Shown in pieces: positions 1 to 10,249 of a DNA stretch of 64,000 nt; position 1 is the stretch's first letter, and the number at the start of each line of letters is the position of its first letter. Below the pieces are notes generated by a model. That model was not told the DNA's origin and searched no databases. It was given only the letters and a program-made list of their open reading frames with translations. The position numbers and the translations under genes were made by a program. The stretch is from NCBI GenBank assembly GCA_037133475.1, contig JBAXOB010000022.1, positions 571 to 64,570 of the forward strand. The letters are read 5' to 3'. This stretch comes from Bacteroidota bacterium. Its GTDB lineage: Bacteria > Bacteroidota > Bacteroidia > Bacteroidales > FEN-979.

Positions 1-985
1 TCGTCCTGTCTGACCCGCCAATCCTTACGACAGACGAAGCAATGAAGTTTGACCCGTTGACTGTGAGGGTAAAGCCGGCATCACCCGCACATTTGGTGGT
101 TGGCGATATGCTGGTGATGGCGGGAACCGGGTTACTGAGAGGCTTCAGTGCGAGCAGAATGGCGCCCCATTTTTTACTTGCATCTATTGTTACCGTGCCA
201 TTTCCGGTCGTTCCTGTACTCCCGTCCGTCGCCCATGCGGCACCGATCGATTCCGCCCCGCCATTATAGTCATAGAGTTCTGTCAGGGCGCCCGGAGTAG
301 TAGTGCTCCAGGAACTGTAAGCGGCACCGGCAGTGCCATCCATCATACCGGCCAGCATAATGACAGCGGCATTGGCGTGTGCTGTGGATATCGCGTTGGC
401 TGTTGCAGTCGTGGTGGCTGTCTGGGGTGCATTGATCGCGCCCGGGGCAACGTCAAACGGCCCTCCGGCAGATCCGCCGACAAGAAATCCACCTGCCTGA
501 TCCACTCCGGAAAAGGCGATCATGGCGGCGCTTCCTTCACTCACTCCCGATCCCAGGGTAAATGTATAATATGTGGGTTCTGAGGCATCTGCAATTTTGT
601 ACAAAACTGCCATCCGGCGTGACTTGCCTCCGGCGTCAACTACTGCTCCGCTAATAAGGTGCCAGTTTGTGCAGGTCGGATCGGTCGTCGTATTACCTCC
701 CTGTTCGATGTTGATGATCATCACATCGTTTTGTTGTATATTGGAAGGAACATTTACATTCACAGAAGTTCCTGTAATGCTGGCCGTTGTTGCCGAGCCA
801 CGCTGGGCAATGGCAGCTTCAGCAGTATTTGTAAAAATCAGATTTACAAGGACACACAGGATTGCCAATATTCCTGTCCGGAATGAAAACCCCTTCCCGG
901 GGCATCCGGTCTCTTTGCAGCCTGTTTGGTATAATGCAGCCTTGCTGCCGTTGAATAACCGGGGGAGTAAGTATGTTTTTTTCAT
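1..985 (-). CDS. Secreted/surface protein of unknown function, 3'-truncated by the window edge. The last visible part enters an IPT/TIG-like Ig fold.
   Basis: Absent from the ORF track because it runs off the left edge. Hand translation of the minus strand from the ATG at 985 is open down to position 2, with no TTA/CTA/TCA in that phase. The N-terminus is MKKTY, followed by a hydrophobic signal/anchor GILAILCVLVNLIF..AEA and a Thr/Gly/Ala-rich body. The end, PAITSISPTTKCAGDAGFTLTVNGSNF, resembles IPT/TIG. It lies 37 nt downstream of the SprB-repeat gene on the same strand. Confidence 0.6.
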   Translation of the reverse strand, partial: MKKTYLLPRLFNGSKAALYQTGCKETGCPGKGFSFRTGILAILCVLVNLIFTNTAEAAIAQRGSATTASITGTSVNVNVPSNIQQNDVMIINIEQGGNTTTDPTCTNWHLISGAVVDAGGKSRRMAVLYKIADASEPTYYTFTLGSGVSEGSAAMIAFSGVDQAGGFLVGGSAGGPFDVAPGAINAPQTATTTATANAISTAHANAAVIMLAGMMDGTAGAAYSSWSTTTPGALTELYDYNGGAESIGAAWATDGSTGTTGNGTVTIDASKKWGAILLALKPLSNPVPAITSISPTTKCAGDAGFTLTVNGSNFIASSVVRIGGSDRT

Positions 986-1022
986 ATCCCAAATATTTTG
1001 AAAAAATGGCTGGTGCATGATC

Positions 1023-3635
1023 TTAATTATTAATGTGAGTAGGTGGCACAGGGTTACCGTGCAGGGTGGTGATGGTGGCGGTGGTGGTGGCTGTGCAGTT
1101 GTTGCCGTCGGTCACCGTTACCGTGTAGCTTCCTGCCGCCAGCCCGCTCCGGTTCTGGCTGTTGTTGGTGCCGGAAACATCGGCCCAGTCATAGTTGAAG
1201 GGGCTCGTCCCGCCGTTCACCGTGAGGGTGATGGCGCCGTTCGGGGCAGCCGGGGAGGGACAGGTATTGTTGGTTATTCCTGTGCCCAGGGTCATGCTGC
1301 CTGCCTGGGTTATGGTTTTTGACAGGCTCGAGGTACATCCTTTTGTATCGGTAGCGGTGACGGTGTAATTCCCTGCCGTGAGGCCGCTGATATCCTGGGT
1401 GGTGGCGCCGTTCGACCATGCATAGGTGTAGCCTGGCGAACCGCCTGAAACGGACAGGTCGATGCTGCCCGTGGAGCCGCCGTTGCACACCACGTTGACA
1501 GAGGTTGCGCTGGTGGAGATGGCGGTTGATGGCTGCGAAACCGAGCTGGAGGCTGTTTGTTTGCAGCCGTTCTGGTCGGTCACCGTGACCGTATAGGTGC
1601 CCACGGCGAGGTTCGAGCGGTTGGCCGTGGAGGCACCGTCGTTCCAGAGATAGGTTTTTGTGCCGGTTCCGCCCGAAACGGCCAGGGTGATGGTCCCTGT
1701 ATTTTGCCCGTAGCAGTTAATATTGCCAGGCGTTGGCGTAACCACCAGGGAGGCAGGCTGCGTAACAACCGGCGATGCAGTGCCTGTACATCCTTTGCTG
1801 TCGGTAACGGTCACCTGATAGGTTCCCGCGGTGAGACCATTCAGGTTCTGGGTGGTGGCTCCACCTGCCCATAAATAGGAATAGCCTGGTGTGCCTCCCG
1901 ATACCGTAACGTTGACGCCACCGGTAGCGCTCCCGTTGCAAAGGGCCGGGCTGGGTGTTGCCGTTACCGCTACAGCAGGGCTCTGCGTGAGGGTGGCGGT
2001 GAAGGTTTTGGAGCATCCGGCCCCGCCATTGGCCGTTACGGTCACCGAATAGGCGCCCGCAGCAAGCCCTGTGATTGAGGTGCCGCTGCCGCTGCCCGTT
2101 CCTCCCCCGGCCAGGGCCCAGTTCCAGTTGTAAACGGGCGATCCGCCTGTGATGCCCATGGAGATGACCCCGTTGCTGGATCCATAGCAGGGATTGGTCA
2201 GGGTGGTGGTCACGGTCAGCGAGCAGGCGATCTGTACGCTCTGGTTATCGGTGAATACCTTGGCCGGGCATGTTTTATCGGTGAGGGTCACGGAGATAAT
2301 GCAGGTGGTGGGGCCCGAAACGACCGGCGGGGTATAGGTAACCGTCTGCGAGGTTGCATTGGGCGTGAAGGTGCCGCCACAGGCCGATTGCCATAAAATA
2401 TTATAATTGGACACGGTGCCCGAAAAGGTAAAGGATACCGTCTGCCCTACCCCGGCATAGAGGGGTGAGGGGATGGTGCCGATACTTAATGCGGCGGCGG
2501 CGGCCTTTTCGTTGGTGGCATAAAAGGAGAAGTTGAAAAAGGCGCGCTGTGCGGCAACATTGGCGGTGCCTGTGCCGTTGGCGATGTTGTGCGCGGCCTC
2601 CATCATCACCCTTCCCCTGTTGGAATCATCGAAAGCAAACCCCGAAACCAGCGTTGCTGCAGGGCCGGCCGACAATGCCGGGACATTTGACTGGGTGGGA
2701 TCCCATACATATATTTTTGCGCCGCTGTTCCAGCCACCGCCGATCACCGGCAGGTAAACCTGTTCCGAGCCATTCTGCTGGGCGGCATCTATGGTGCCCA
2801 TAAACTGCATGATCGGGTCGGCGGGATAATTATAGCTGTAGGGTATGGAGCCAGCGGCATGGTTACTCCACAACACCAGCGAATTCTGGCAATAGGAGGT
2901 CCCGGAGCAAACCGGCGTACCGGTTTTGGCCGAGAGGAAATTGGTTTGCACGGAGGTATTCGACGGGTTGAACATATCCGAAAGGGCGCTTCCCGCATGG
3001 CATCCCAGCCAGATTCCTCCTTTACAGATCTGGTTCCAGGTAAGCAGGTTTGAATGGGTGGCCCAGGTCGGGTCGGCATGGGGCATGACAAACAGGTCGT
3101 CGCAGCAGGTAAGTTGGGCCGGGGTCTTCCAGCCGCTTTTATCACTGCCGCCATAGGCTGAGCCTGGAATCCCGGCATTGACCAGGAAGGCTTCGGCAAT
3201 GGCGCCGTTCTGGTAGTCAAGCGTCCAGTTGGGCATGCTTTTCAACGTGGCAAATAACGGGACGGTAATCGGCGCGGTGGTGGTCACGCCAACCACCCCT
3301 ACTCCCGAAGCGGTCCAGCTTGAAATGGTGCTATTGACAGCAATCGTGCGGTAGTCGGCCGGGACGATAAAGGTACCGCCCTTGTAATCAACGCCTCCGT
3401 ATGAAAAATCGATGCCGTCTTTTGCCTTGGCGGGATTGATCGACCACACGACGGCACCATGGTCGGTTTTCACGATCTCATAGATCATACCGTAGGGTTT
3501 AAGCCCGTTGGCAACGGTCTGGGGCGTAACCCCCATGTTGATGATAAATGATCCCGCCGGAATGGTGACGGTTTGCGACTGTCCGGGCAGGATAAAAAAG
3601 GCCAGGAACAACATCGCCAGGCAAGCGGTCAACAT
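1023..3635 (-). CDS. Large secreted adhesin-like protein with an unknown ~430 aa N-terminal domain and five SprB repeats
   Basis: The ORF is 1023..3758. I prefer the internal ATG at 3635 because MLTACLAMLFLAFFILPGQSQ is a signal peptide. There are five ~80 aa repeats of the SprB type, for example CNGGSTGSIDLSVSGGSPGYTYAWSNGATTQDISGLTAGNYTVTATDTKGC. No recognisable T9SS C-terminal sorting domain is present at the end (..TTLHGNPVPPTHINN). Confidence 0.8.
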   Translation of the reverse strand: MLTACLAMLFLAFFILPGQSQTVTIPAGSFIINMGVTPQTVANGLKPYGMIYEIVKTDHGAVVWSINPAKAKDGIDFSYGGVDYKGGTFIVPADYRTIAVNSTISSWTASGVGVVGVTTTAPITVPLFATLKSMPNWTLDYQNGAIAEAFLVNAGIPGSAYGGSDKSGWKTPAQLTCCDDLFVMPHADPTWATHSNLLTWNQICKGGIWLGCHAGSALSDMFNPSNTSVQTNFLSAKTGTPVCSGTSYCQNSLVLWSNHAAGSIPYSYNYPADPIMQFMGTIDAAQQNGSEQVYLPVIGGGWNSGAKIYVWDPTQSNVPALSAGPAATLVSGFAFDDSNRGRVMMEAAHNIANGTGTANVAAQRAFFNFSFYATNEKAAAAALSIGTIPSPLYAGVGQTVSFTFSGTVSNYNILWQSACGGTFTPNATSQTVTYTPPVVSGPTTCIISVTLTDKTCPAKVFTDNQSVQIACSLTVTTTLTNPCYGSSNGVISMGITGGSPVYNWNWALAGGGTGSGSGTSITGLAAGAYSVTVTANGGAGCSKTFTATLTQSPAVAVTATPSPALCNGSATGGVNVTVSGGTPGYSYLWAGGATTQNLNGLTAGTYQVTVTDSKGCTGTASPVVTQPASLVVTPTPGNINCYGQNTGTITLAVSGGTGTKTYLWNDGASTANRSNLAVGTYTVTVTDQNGCKQTASSSVSQPSTAISTSATSVNVVCNGGSTGSIDLSVSGGSPGYTYAWSNGATTQDISGLTAGNYTVTATDTKGCTSSLSKTITQAGSMTLGTGITNNTCPSPAAPNGAITLTVNGGTSPFNYDWADVSGTNNSQNRSGLAAGSYTVTVTDGNNCTATTTATITTLHGNPVPPTHINN

Positions 3636-4516
3636 AGGGCCGGCAGGCTTGCCACAAGCCCTCCTGAAGTCATGTTCTGAAGTTCCGAAAAGGGCACCAG
3701 GGTTGCCGGGTCTGCGATGGCTGGGAAAATTCTGGAATGTGTAAAATTCTGGATCCATGTTTTTTATTTTTACAGGTTATACTGTATATTTGTTATTGCC
3801 TAATTGTTAAAGTCAAAAACCCTTTTTCTTTATTAAAGATGCAAATGGTCAATCCGTCTCCATCTTCTTTTTTTTCCGAAGCGACAACGGACTGTCCCAT
3901 CCGGATAATTAAATGTTACAAAACACTCCTTACGACAACACCGCACAATCCACGGCAAACAACAACTTCAAGCACCGGCTTTCAAGACTGTCATTTATTA
4001 TTGAAGCAAGCAGTAACTTACAAAGTAATACAAATCCATTTTAATCCTAAATAACTGATAAGCAATATATTGTTTAGAAGAATTAACTTTTATATATTAT
4101 ATTTTTTATAGTAGAAAAACAGGAAAGATGAATAATTCCGATTATTGGCATAACCTAGCAGGAATACAGAATATTTCTGGAAGAGAGTGGTTTGGGCTGA
4201 TTAGCAACCTGTAAGAAGTCAGGTAGTTTGGAGGGATTTCCGGTGTTATTTTCAGGTAATATATATTTATTTAACTTAAACAAGGTATATAATATTTAGA
4301 AGTTACATCTTTTATAGTATTTCAGGATGTTGACCAAAGGCGTTATTTTGTTTATGATCTTTGATGGCAAAGAGGAAGAAACCGGAGTCCTCGTTAACAA
4401 TCCTGTGCCTTTGCTCAGGCCTGGCTGCACGGCGAACCGTTCATTCACGGTTTGCATGCATGCTGTGATTATGGCAATTTCATGGTTTTAACGAAAGGTA
4501 AAACAGGGCGTCACCC

Positions 4517-7500
4517 ATGAAAAAAACCAAAGAACAACTCCTGCAGGAAATCGAGGCTCTTACGGCGGAGGTCAAGAAGCTAAGATCAGGGAGTCATGAT
4601 GCCATGGACATGTATTTCCCTGGGCCCGGGGGCCAGGTCCCGGCATGGTCGGGTGGCGGCGGGAATGAAAGCTGCCTGATGAGTCATCCCCTGTTTGAAA
4701 ACCTGAAGGAGGAGGTATCCATATTTAAAATAGTACGCGACCCGTCAGGCAAGATCATCGACTGGATTGTACAGGAGGCAAACGGGCAGGTAGAAAAAAA
4801 CCTGGGAATGACCGGCAAGGAGCTCATTGGCAGGAGCGCCTGCGAATTGTTCGGCCACGGTTTCATGTCGCCATACCTGGAGCGGTCGGAAAGAATCCAT
4901 CAGACCGGCGGCACAGCAACTTTTGAAGACTATTTCCCGTTAACAAAAAAATATTACGTTTCAACCCTCTATTTCCTGTCCGACGATCTTTATGTCGTTG
5001 TTTCGACCGATATCACGGAAAAAAAAGCCGCGGATGAAGTTATCCGTCAGACCAATGAAAGATTTGCCATGCTTTTCGGGAATGTTGCCCAGGGGATCAT
5101 CTTCCAGAACAGGGAAAGAGAGATCGTCTCGGCCAATCCCGCTGCTGAAAGGATTCTGGGACTCAGCTTCGCACAGATGACCGGACGGGAGCCGGTGCCC
5201 GAAGGCTGGCGCCTGGTTTTCGAAGACGGCACCCCCTGTCCCGTGGAGGCCATCCCCTCCATGATTTCCTTCCGTACCGGGAAGAAATCCGAAGGAATCA
5301 TCGGCATTCATGAACCCGAAAAGAACAAACTCACGTGGGTAAGCCTGCATGCCACACCCGAATTCGGGCCGGGAGAGGAAGAACCTTACCAGGTCTTTAC
5401 CAGCCTTGAAAATATCACCCCCCTCAAGGAACACAACCGGGAGCTTTCCCGGCTCAACCTGCGGCTTGAAACGATGCGTAAAATTGATTTTGCCATCAGT
5501 GATTCTTCAATGGATGAATCCTATGTCAATGAAATTACCCTCAGGCTGATCATGAACCTGATCGGTTGCGATGAAATCGATATTGTGATTTTTGATTACA
5601 ACCATAATGCCGGGGTGATTGAAGCACGGATCCACGGCGAAACCTACGAGCGTTTTACCGGTATAACCTTCCCCCTTGACATGTTAGACCTTACCGCCTT
5701 CAGGGAGGGTGTGGGCAGGCTTAGGTCAATCCCGGCAAAACACCATAAGAATAAAGCGGAAAGGATGCTGTTTGATCATGGCATGGCCAGTTGCATTGCC
5801 GTTCCCCTGATGTCGGACAGTGTCCTGACCGGTTTGTTCGTCCTGTTATCCCGAAAAACCGGTTTTTTCACCGACGAGCATGTCGAGATTTCGGAAGATA
5901 TTGCCAAACACATCTCACTCGCTATCAACAACCGTAAACTTCACCACCAGCTTGGAGAATATGCCGCAGACCTCGAAAATGTCGTGGAGCAGCGGACCAG
6001 GGATCTCATTGAGTTGGCAAATCAATACCAGGCGATCCTTGACAATGCGGGGTTGGCCGTCATTGTAACTTCCGCCCGGGGGGTTATCCAGATCTTCAAC
6101 CAGGCCGCGGAAAGGATGCTGGGATACCCGGCAGCGGAGGTGATCGGCCATTTGACAGCCGACTGTTTCCACGACCCCGTCGAACTGGCACAGTATGCCG
6201 CCGAACTTTCGGCAATTGCCAGAAAAACAGTACGTGCCGGGTTTGATGTATTCATCACAGAGACAAAGCTGAAACTGCCAAACACCCGTGAATGGACCTA
6301 CATCAGGAGGGACGGATCCAGGTTCCCGGTAAAACTGACCATCTCCCCCTTTGAAAATGCTGACGGAATTATCCAGGGCTATATCGGCATTGCCATTGAT
6401 TTCACCCAGGAAAAGCTTGCCCTGGAGAAGATCCGCCTGAGTGAGGAACAGTTTCACAACATGTTCCGAAACCATGCGGCAATCATGCTCCTTGTCAATC
6501 CGGAAACGGGAAATATTGTCGATGCGAACAATGCCGCCGATACATTTTTCGGGTTTGACCCCGGATATCTCAAGCAGGCCAACCTTTCCGACATCAACAT
6601 CCTGAAACAGGAATTTCTGGTGAAAAACATGCAGCAGGCGCTCAGGGGCGAAATGAACTATTTCATCTCTCCTTATAAACTTGCCAGCGGCAGGGTAAGG
6701 ACGGTGGAGGTGAGAACCTCGCCTGTTGAAGGAAAAAGCGGGACGCTGCTCTTCTCGGTTATTAATGATATCACCGAACGGATCGAGGCCGAGGAGGCTT
6801 TGCTGAAATCGGAGGAAAAATACAGGATCGTGGCCGACAACACCTATGACTGGGAATTCTGGCAGGCGCCCGATGAGCGGTTTATCTACCAGTCTCCCTC
6901 CTGCCGCAGGATTACGGGATACGATGCCAACGAGTTTTACCGGAACAACCAGCTGTTTGTCTCGATGATCCATCCGGAAGACCTGGACAGGTTCCTGGAA
7001 CATCAGCAGAAGGTAATGACCAGTTCTGAGCCGGAGTCCATGGAATTCAGGATTATCACAAGCGACGGAACGCTGAAATGGATCGACCACGGATGCCTCC
7101 CGGTGTTTGACGACCATGGCAATTTCCTCGGTATTCGCGGGAGCATCAGGGATATCACAGAACGAAAACTGGCAGTGGAACGTTTGCAGGTTAGAGAGGC
7201 AGAGAACAGGGCGATCGTCAATGCGGTTCCCGACCTGTTGTTCAGGCTGGACAGGAACGGTGTTTTTCTCGACTACAAGAGCAGTGAACCAGAATACCTC
7301 AATGTTCCCCAGGATGCGATAATCGGGGGATCCGTCACGGAACTCCTCCCTGAGAATATGACAGGAATGATGCTGCAGGCACTGGAACAAAGTTTCAACA
7401 GCCCGGGGCCTGTCACGTTTGAATATACGCTGCTGATGGGAAATAAATCCCGTTACTTCGAAAACCGGGTTGCCAGGATAACGGATAATGAGGCTTTGGT

Positions 7501-9025
7501 CATCATCAGGGATGTCACCGATCAGAAAATCGTATTGAATGAATTGAAAATGCACAATGCAGCATTTGAATCTTTTGCACTGGCCATCATCATCACCGAT
7601 ATTGACGGAATTATAACCTGGGCCAACAAAAGTTTCACCACCCTGTCGGGTTACCGCATGGATGAGATCATCGGGCATTCCACGAGGGAGCTGATGAAAT
7701 CGGGTAAAATGGAGATGCCGTTTTACGATGACATGTGGAATACGATCCTCGACAACAAAGTCTGGAGCGGGGAGCTGATCAACAGGAAAAAGGACGACAC
7801 TGTTTATTGGGAAGAGATGACAATTTCACCGCTGCACAATCCTTCCGGCATTATAACAGGTTTTATTGCCATTAAAATCGATATCACGGGGCGTAAGCAT
7901 ATGGAGCAGGCGCTGCGCGAAAGCGAGGCCCGGTGGGGTTTTGCGCTGGAGGGCTCAGGCGACGGCGTTTGGGATTTGAACCTGGTGACGAACGAGGTGT
8001 TTTATTCCGACTCCTGGATCAGGATGCTGGGTTATGAACCCGGTGAATTCCCTTTCACTGTCGATGAATGGGATAAACATATCCACCCCGACGACCATGA
8101 CCGGGTGTATTCCTCCCTGAATGAATACATAAACGGGAAACTTCCGAATTACAACCTGGAATACAGGCTTTTATGCAAGAACGGGGTCTACAAGTGGATC
8201 CTCACCCGCGGCAAACTGATCGCGGAGCAGCCGGGCCATAAACCCGTACGGATGATCGGGACCCACACCGACATCACCGAGCGGATCAACCTGGAACAAA
8301 CCCTCCGGGAGTCGGTCGCCAAGGAAAAGGAGCTTAACAGCCTGAAATCAAAATTCATATCGGTTGCATCCCATGAATTCAAAACCCCTCTTGCCACGAT
8401 CATGGCAACAAACGAGACCCTGAAATATTACAGGGACCGGATGACCCGGGAGGAACAGGATCAAAGGATCTCCAACATCAATACCCAGGTCGAATACCTG
8501 AACACCATCATTGAAGAGCTGTTGCAGTTGTCGAGAATCCAGACAAAGGAGTTGGTCATTGAACCGCAGCCATTCGACCTCGTCGCCCTGCTGGCCGAAA
8601 TGACCGCCGAATTCAACGACCATCCCGGCGAAGAAACCAGGCTGCAGTTCCATTGCGATGAACAGTCCCTCGAGGTGTTACTGGATAAAAAAATGATCCG
8701 GCAGGCGTTGACAAACCTGGTTTCAAATGCGTTCAAATATTCCGATCCCCTCACAAAAGTCACGATGCGGCTCCATCTTAACCAGGATTTCTTTGAACTC
8801 CGCATTGCCGACAAAGGGATCGGGATTCCACCAGAAGATATAAAACACCTCTTTAAACCTTTCTACCGTGCTTCGAATGTAGGCATGGTTTCCGGCACCG
8901 GGCTTGGCCTTAACATCGTGCAGGAGATCATCGGGAAACATGGCGGGAAAATCGAACTTACCAGCAAACTGAACGAAGGGACCGAAATTATCATTCATCT
9001 TCCCGTTACCGCAGAACAACCATGA
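4517..9025 (+). CDS. Multi-PAS/PAC plus GAF sensor histidine kinase (1502 aa)
   Basis: An N-terminal coiled coil is followed by many PAS/PAC-like modules (repeated ..DITERK.., ..DITGRK.., ..DITERI.. PAC ends). The H-box is SHEFKTPLATI, the N-box NLVSNAFKYS, and the G-boxes DKGIGIP and GTGLGLNIV. Confidence 0.9.
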   Translation: MKKTKEQLLQEIEALTAEVKKLRSGSHDAMDMYFPGPGGQVPAWSGGGGNESCLMSHPLFENLKEEVSIFKIVRDPSGKIIDWIVQEANGQVEKNLGMTGKELIGRSACELFGHGFMSPYLERSERIHQTGGTATFEDYFPLTKKYYVSTLYFLSDDLYVVVSTDITEKKAADEVIRQTNERFAMLFGNVAQGIIFQNREREIVSANPAAERILGLSFAQMTGREPVPEGWRLVFEDGTPCPVEAIPSMISFRTGKKSEGIIGIHEPEKNKLTWVSLHATPEFGPGEEEPYQVFTSLENITPLKEHNRELSRLNLRLETMRKIDFAISDSSMDESYVNEITLRLIMNLIGCDEIDIVIFDYNHNAGVIEARIHGETYERFTGITFPLDMLDLTAFREGVGRLRSIPAKHHKNKAERMLFDHGMASCIAVPLMSDSVLTGLFVLLSRKTGFFTDEHVEISEDIAKHISLAINNRKLHHQLGEYAADLENVVEQRTRDLIELANQYQAILDNAGLAVIVTSARGVIQIFNQAAERMLGYPAAEVIGHLTADCFHDPVELAQYAAELSAIARKTVRAGFDVFITETKLKLPNTREWTYIRRDGSRFPVKLTISPFENADGIIQGYIGIAIDFTQEKLALEKIRLSEEQFHNMFRNHAAIMLLVNPETGNIVDANNAADTFFGFDPGYLKQANLSDINILKQEFLVKNMQQALRGEMNYFISPYKLASGRVRTVEVRTSPVEGKSGTLLFSVINDITERIEAEEALLKSEEKYRIVADNTYDWEFWQAPDERFIYQSPSCRRITGYDANEFYRNNQLFVSMIHPEDLDRFLEHQQKVMTSSEPESMEFRIITSDGTLKWIDHGCLPVFDDHGNFLGIRGSIRDITERKLAVERLQVREAENRAIVNAVPDLLFRLDRNGVFLDYKSSEPEYLNVPQDAIIGGSVTELLPENMTGMMLQALEQSFNSPGPVTFEYTLLMGNKSRYFENRVARITDNEALVIIRDVTDQKIVLNELKMHNAAFESFALAIIITDIDGIITWANKSFTTLSGYRMDEIIGHSTRELMKSGKMEMPFYDDMWNTILDNKVWSGELINRKKDDTVYWEEMTISPLHNPSGIITGFIAIKIDITGRKHMEQALRESEARWGFALEGSGDGVWDLNLVTNEVFYSDSWIRMLGYEPGEFPFTVDEWDKHIHPDDHDRVYSSLNEYINGKLPNYNLEYRLLCKNGVYKWILTRGKLIAEQPGHKPVRMIGTHTDITERINLEQTLRESVAKEKELNSLKSKFISVASHEFKTPLATIMATNETLKYYRDRMTREEQDQRISNINTQVEYLNTIIEELLQLSRIQTKELVIEPQPFDLVALLAEMTAEFNDHPGEETRLQFHCDEQSLEVLLDKKMIRQALTNLVSNAFKYSDPLTKVTMRLHLNQDFFELRIADKGIGIPPEDIKHLFKPFYRASNVGMVSGTGLGLNIVQEIIGKHGGKIELTSKLNEGTEIIIHLPVTAEQP

Positions 9026-9151
9026 ACAAACCTGGTCCGGAACACGAAATCCCGTCCATGGAGGCGGCAGCGACTTATCCTCCCCGGCCGGACCAGATAA
9101 TCCAAAGTTTTTTAACTTTATCCCCCTTTTAACCCTCAATTTTTTCCTGCT

Positions 9152-10249
9152 ATGACTAAAATACTGGTAATTGAAGACGAAACTATGCTGAGAGAGTCGA
9201 TCCGGGATATATTGGGATATGAAGGGTTTACCGTACTGGAGGCCGGGGATGGAAAAGCCGGGATAGACATGGCCCTGCTCCATACGCCCGACCTTATCTT
9301 ATGCGATATCCTGCTGCCGGTAATGGATGGCTACGAGGTATTAAAAAAAATCCAATCGCATGAACACCTGAAACTTACTCCCTTCATCTATATCACGGCA
9401 CTCACCAAGAAATCGAACATCAGGTCGGGAATGGAGCTGGGAGCCGATGATTACATCACGAAACCGTTTAACAGGGCCGATTTGCTGAAATCCATATCGG
9501 CCCGGCTCGAGAAAGCGACCATCGTCAGGGAAAAGGATGCACATCTTGCCACCCTCGAAACGATTAACCGCGAGCTGAGTGATTATGCCTCCTTTGTTTC
9601 ACACGACCTGAAAATGCCATTGCGGTTGATCGACATGTACGCCCAGATCCTGGCGAACGAATATGGGACCCTGCTGGGGAAGGATGGCATGAAATACCTG
9701 CTCGTCATCCGGGAGAATACAGGAAAGATGGTTACCCTGATCGACGGGATGCTTACCTTTGCCCGCCAGCGGAAAACGGGGTTACGCCGGTCGGTCGTCA
9801 ACATGAAAAAACTGGTACAATCCATCATTGATGCAGGCAGCCAGCCTGATCAGGCGCAACGGGTTGCCTTTACCCTGTCAGAACTGCACAATTGCTCCTG
9901 CGACAGGACCATGATGCGGCAGGTGCTGTCAAACCTGATCTCCAATGCCATCAAGTTCAGCAGCAAAAGGGATCACCCGGCCGTCGAAATCGGTTCCTTT
10001 GTGAAAGATGAAGAGATCGTCTATTTTGTCAGGGATAACGGGGTCGGGATGGATATGAGAGACGAAAAAAAATTGTTCGGACTATTCAACAGGCTCCATC
10101 CTGAAAGCGAATTCGACGGGATCGGCGTCGGCCTGGCCATCGTAAAGGATATTATAGAAAAACACCAGGGCCGCGTCTGGGCTGAAAGCGCCGTAAACGA
10201 AGGGGCTACCTTTTACTTCACCGTGCCGCCAAAGCAGGCGATCAGGTGA
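9152..10249 (+). CDS. Hybrid response-regulator receiver / histidine kinase (REC-HisKA-HATPase)
   Basis: The N-terminal receiver has MTKILVIEDE and DLILCDILLPVMDG. The kinase part has H-box SHDLKMPLRLI, N-box NLISNAIKFS, and the motifs DNGVGMD and GIGVGLAIV. Confidence 0.88.
   Translation: MTKILVIEDETMLRESIRDILGYEGFTVLEAGDGKAGIDMALLHTPDLILCDILLPVMDGYEVLKKIQSHEHLKLTPFIYITALTKKSNIRSGMELGADDYITKPFNRADLLKSISARLEKATIVREKDAHLATLETINRELSDYASFVSHDLKMPLRLIDMYAQILANEYGTLLGKDGMKYLLVIRENTGKMVTLIDGMLTFARQRKTGLRRSVVNMKKLVQSIIDAGSQPDQAQRVAFTLSELHNCSCDRTMMRQVLSNLISNAIKFSSKRDHPAVEIGSFVKDEEIVYFVRDNGVGMDMRDEKKLFGLFNRLHPESEFDGIGVGLAIVKDIIEKHQGRVWAESAVNEGATFYFTVPPKQAIR

Noticed and set aside
3737-4054. A 105-aa ORF in the AT-rich spacer.
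   Set aside because: It has no signal, domain or motif, its composition simply mirrors AT-rich non-coding DNA, and it overlaps the 5' end of the adhesin ORF.
5915-7678. A 587-aa minus-strand ORF, together with many other long antisense ORFs. Examples are 42087..42974, 45522..46631, 49376..50359, 33830..34834, 59270..60130, 56087..57043, 52829..53728, 25231..26196, 23993..24772, 32540..33352 and 57943..58767.
   Set aside because: Each lies entirely antisense to a CDS with unmistakable conserved motifs. Their translations are Arg/Gly/Pro/His-rich and low-complexity, with no recognisable domains. They are the expected stop-codon-poor shadow frames of GC-rich coding DNA.
9032-9096. The inverted repeat CTGGTCCGG ... 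CCGGACCAG after the PAS kinase gene, considered as a terminator.
   Set aside because: The 9-bp arms are separated by a 47-nt loop and no T-run follows. This is too weak to call a terminator.
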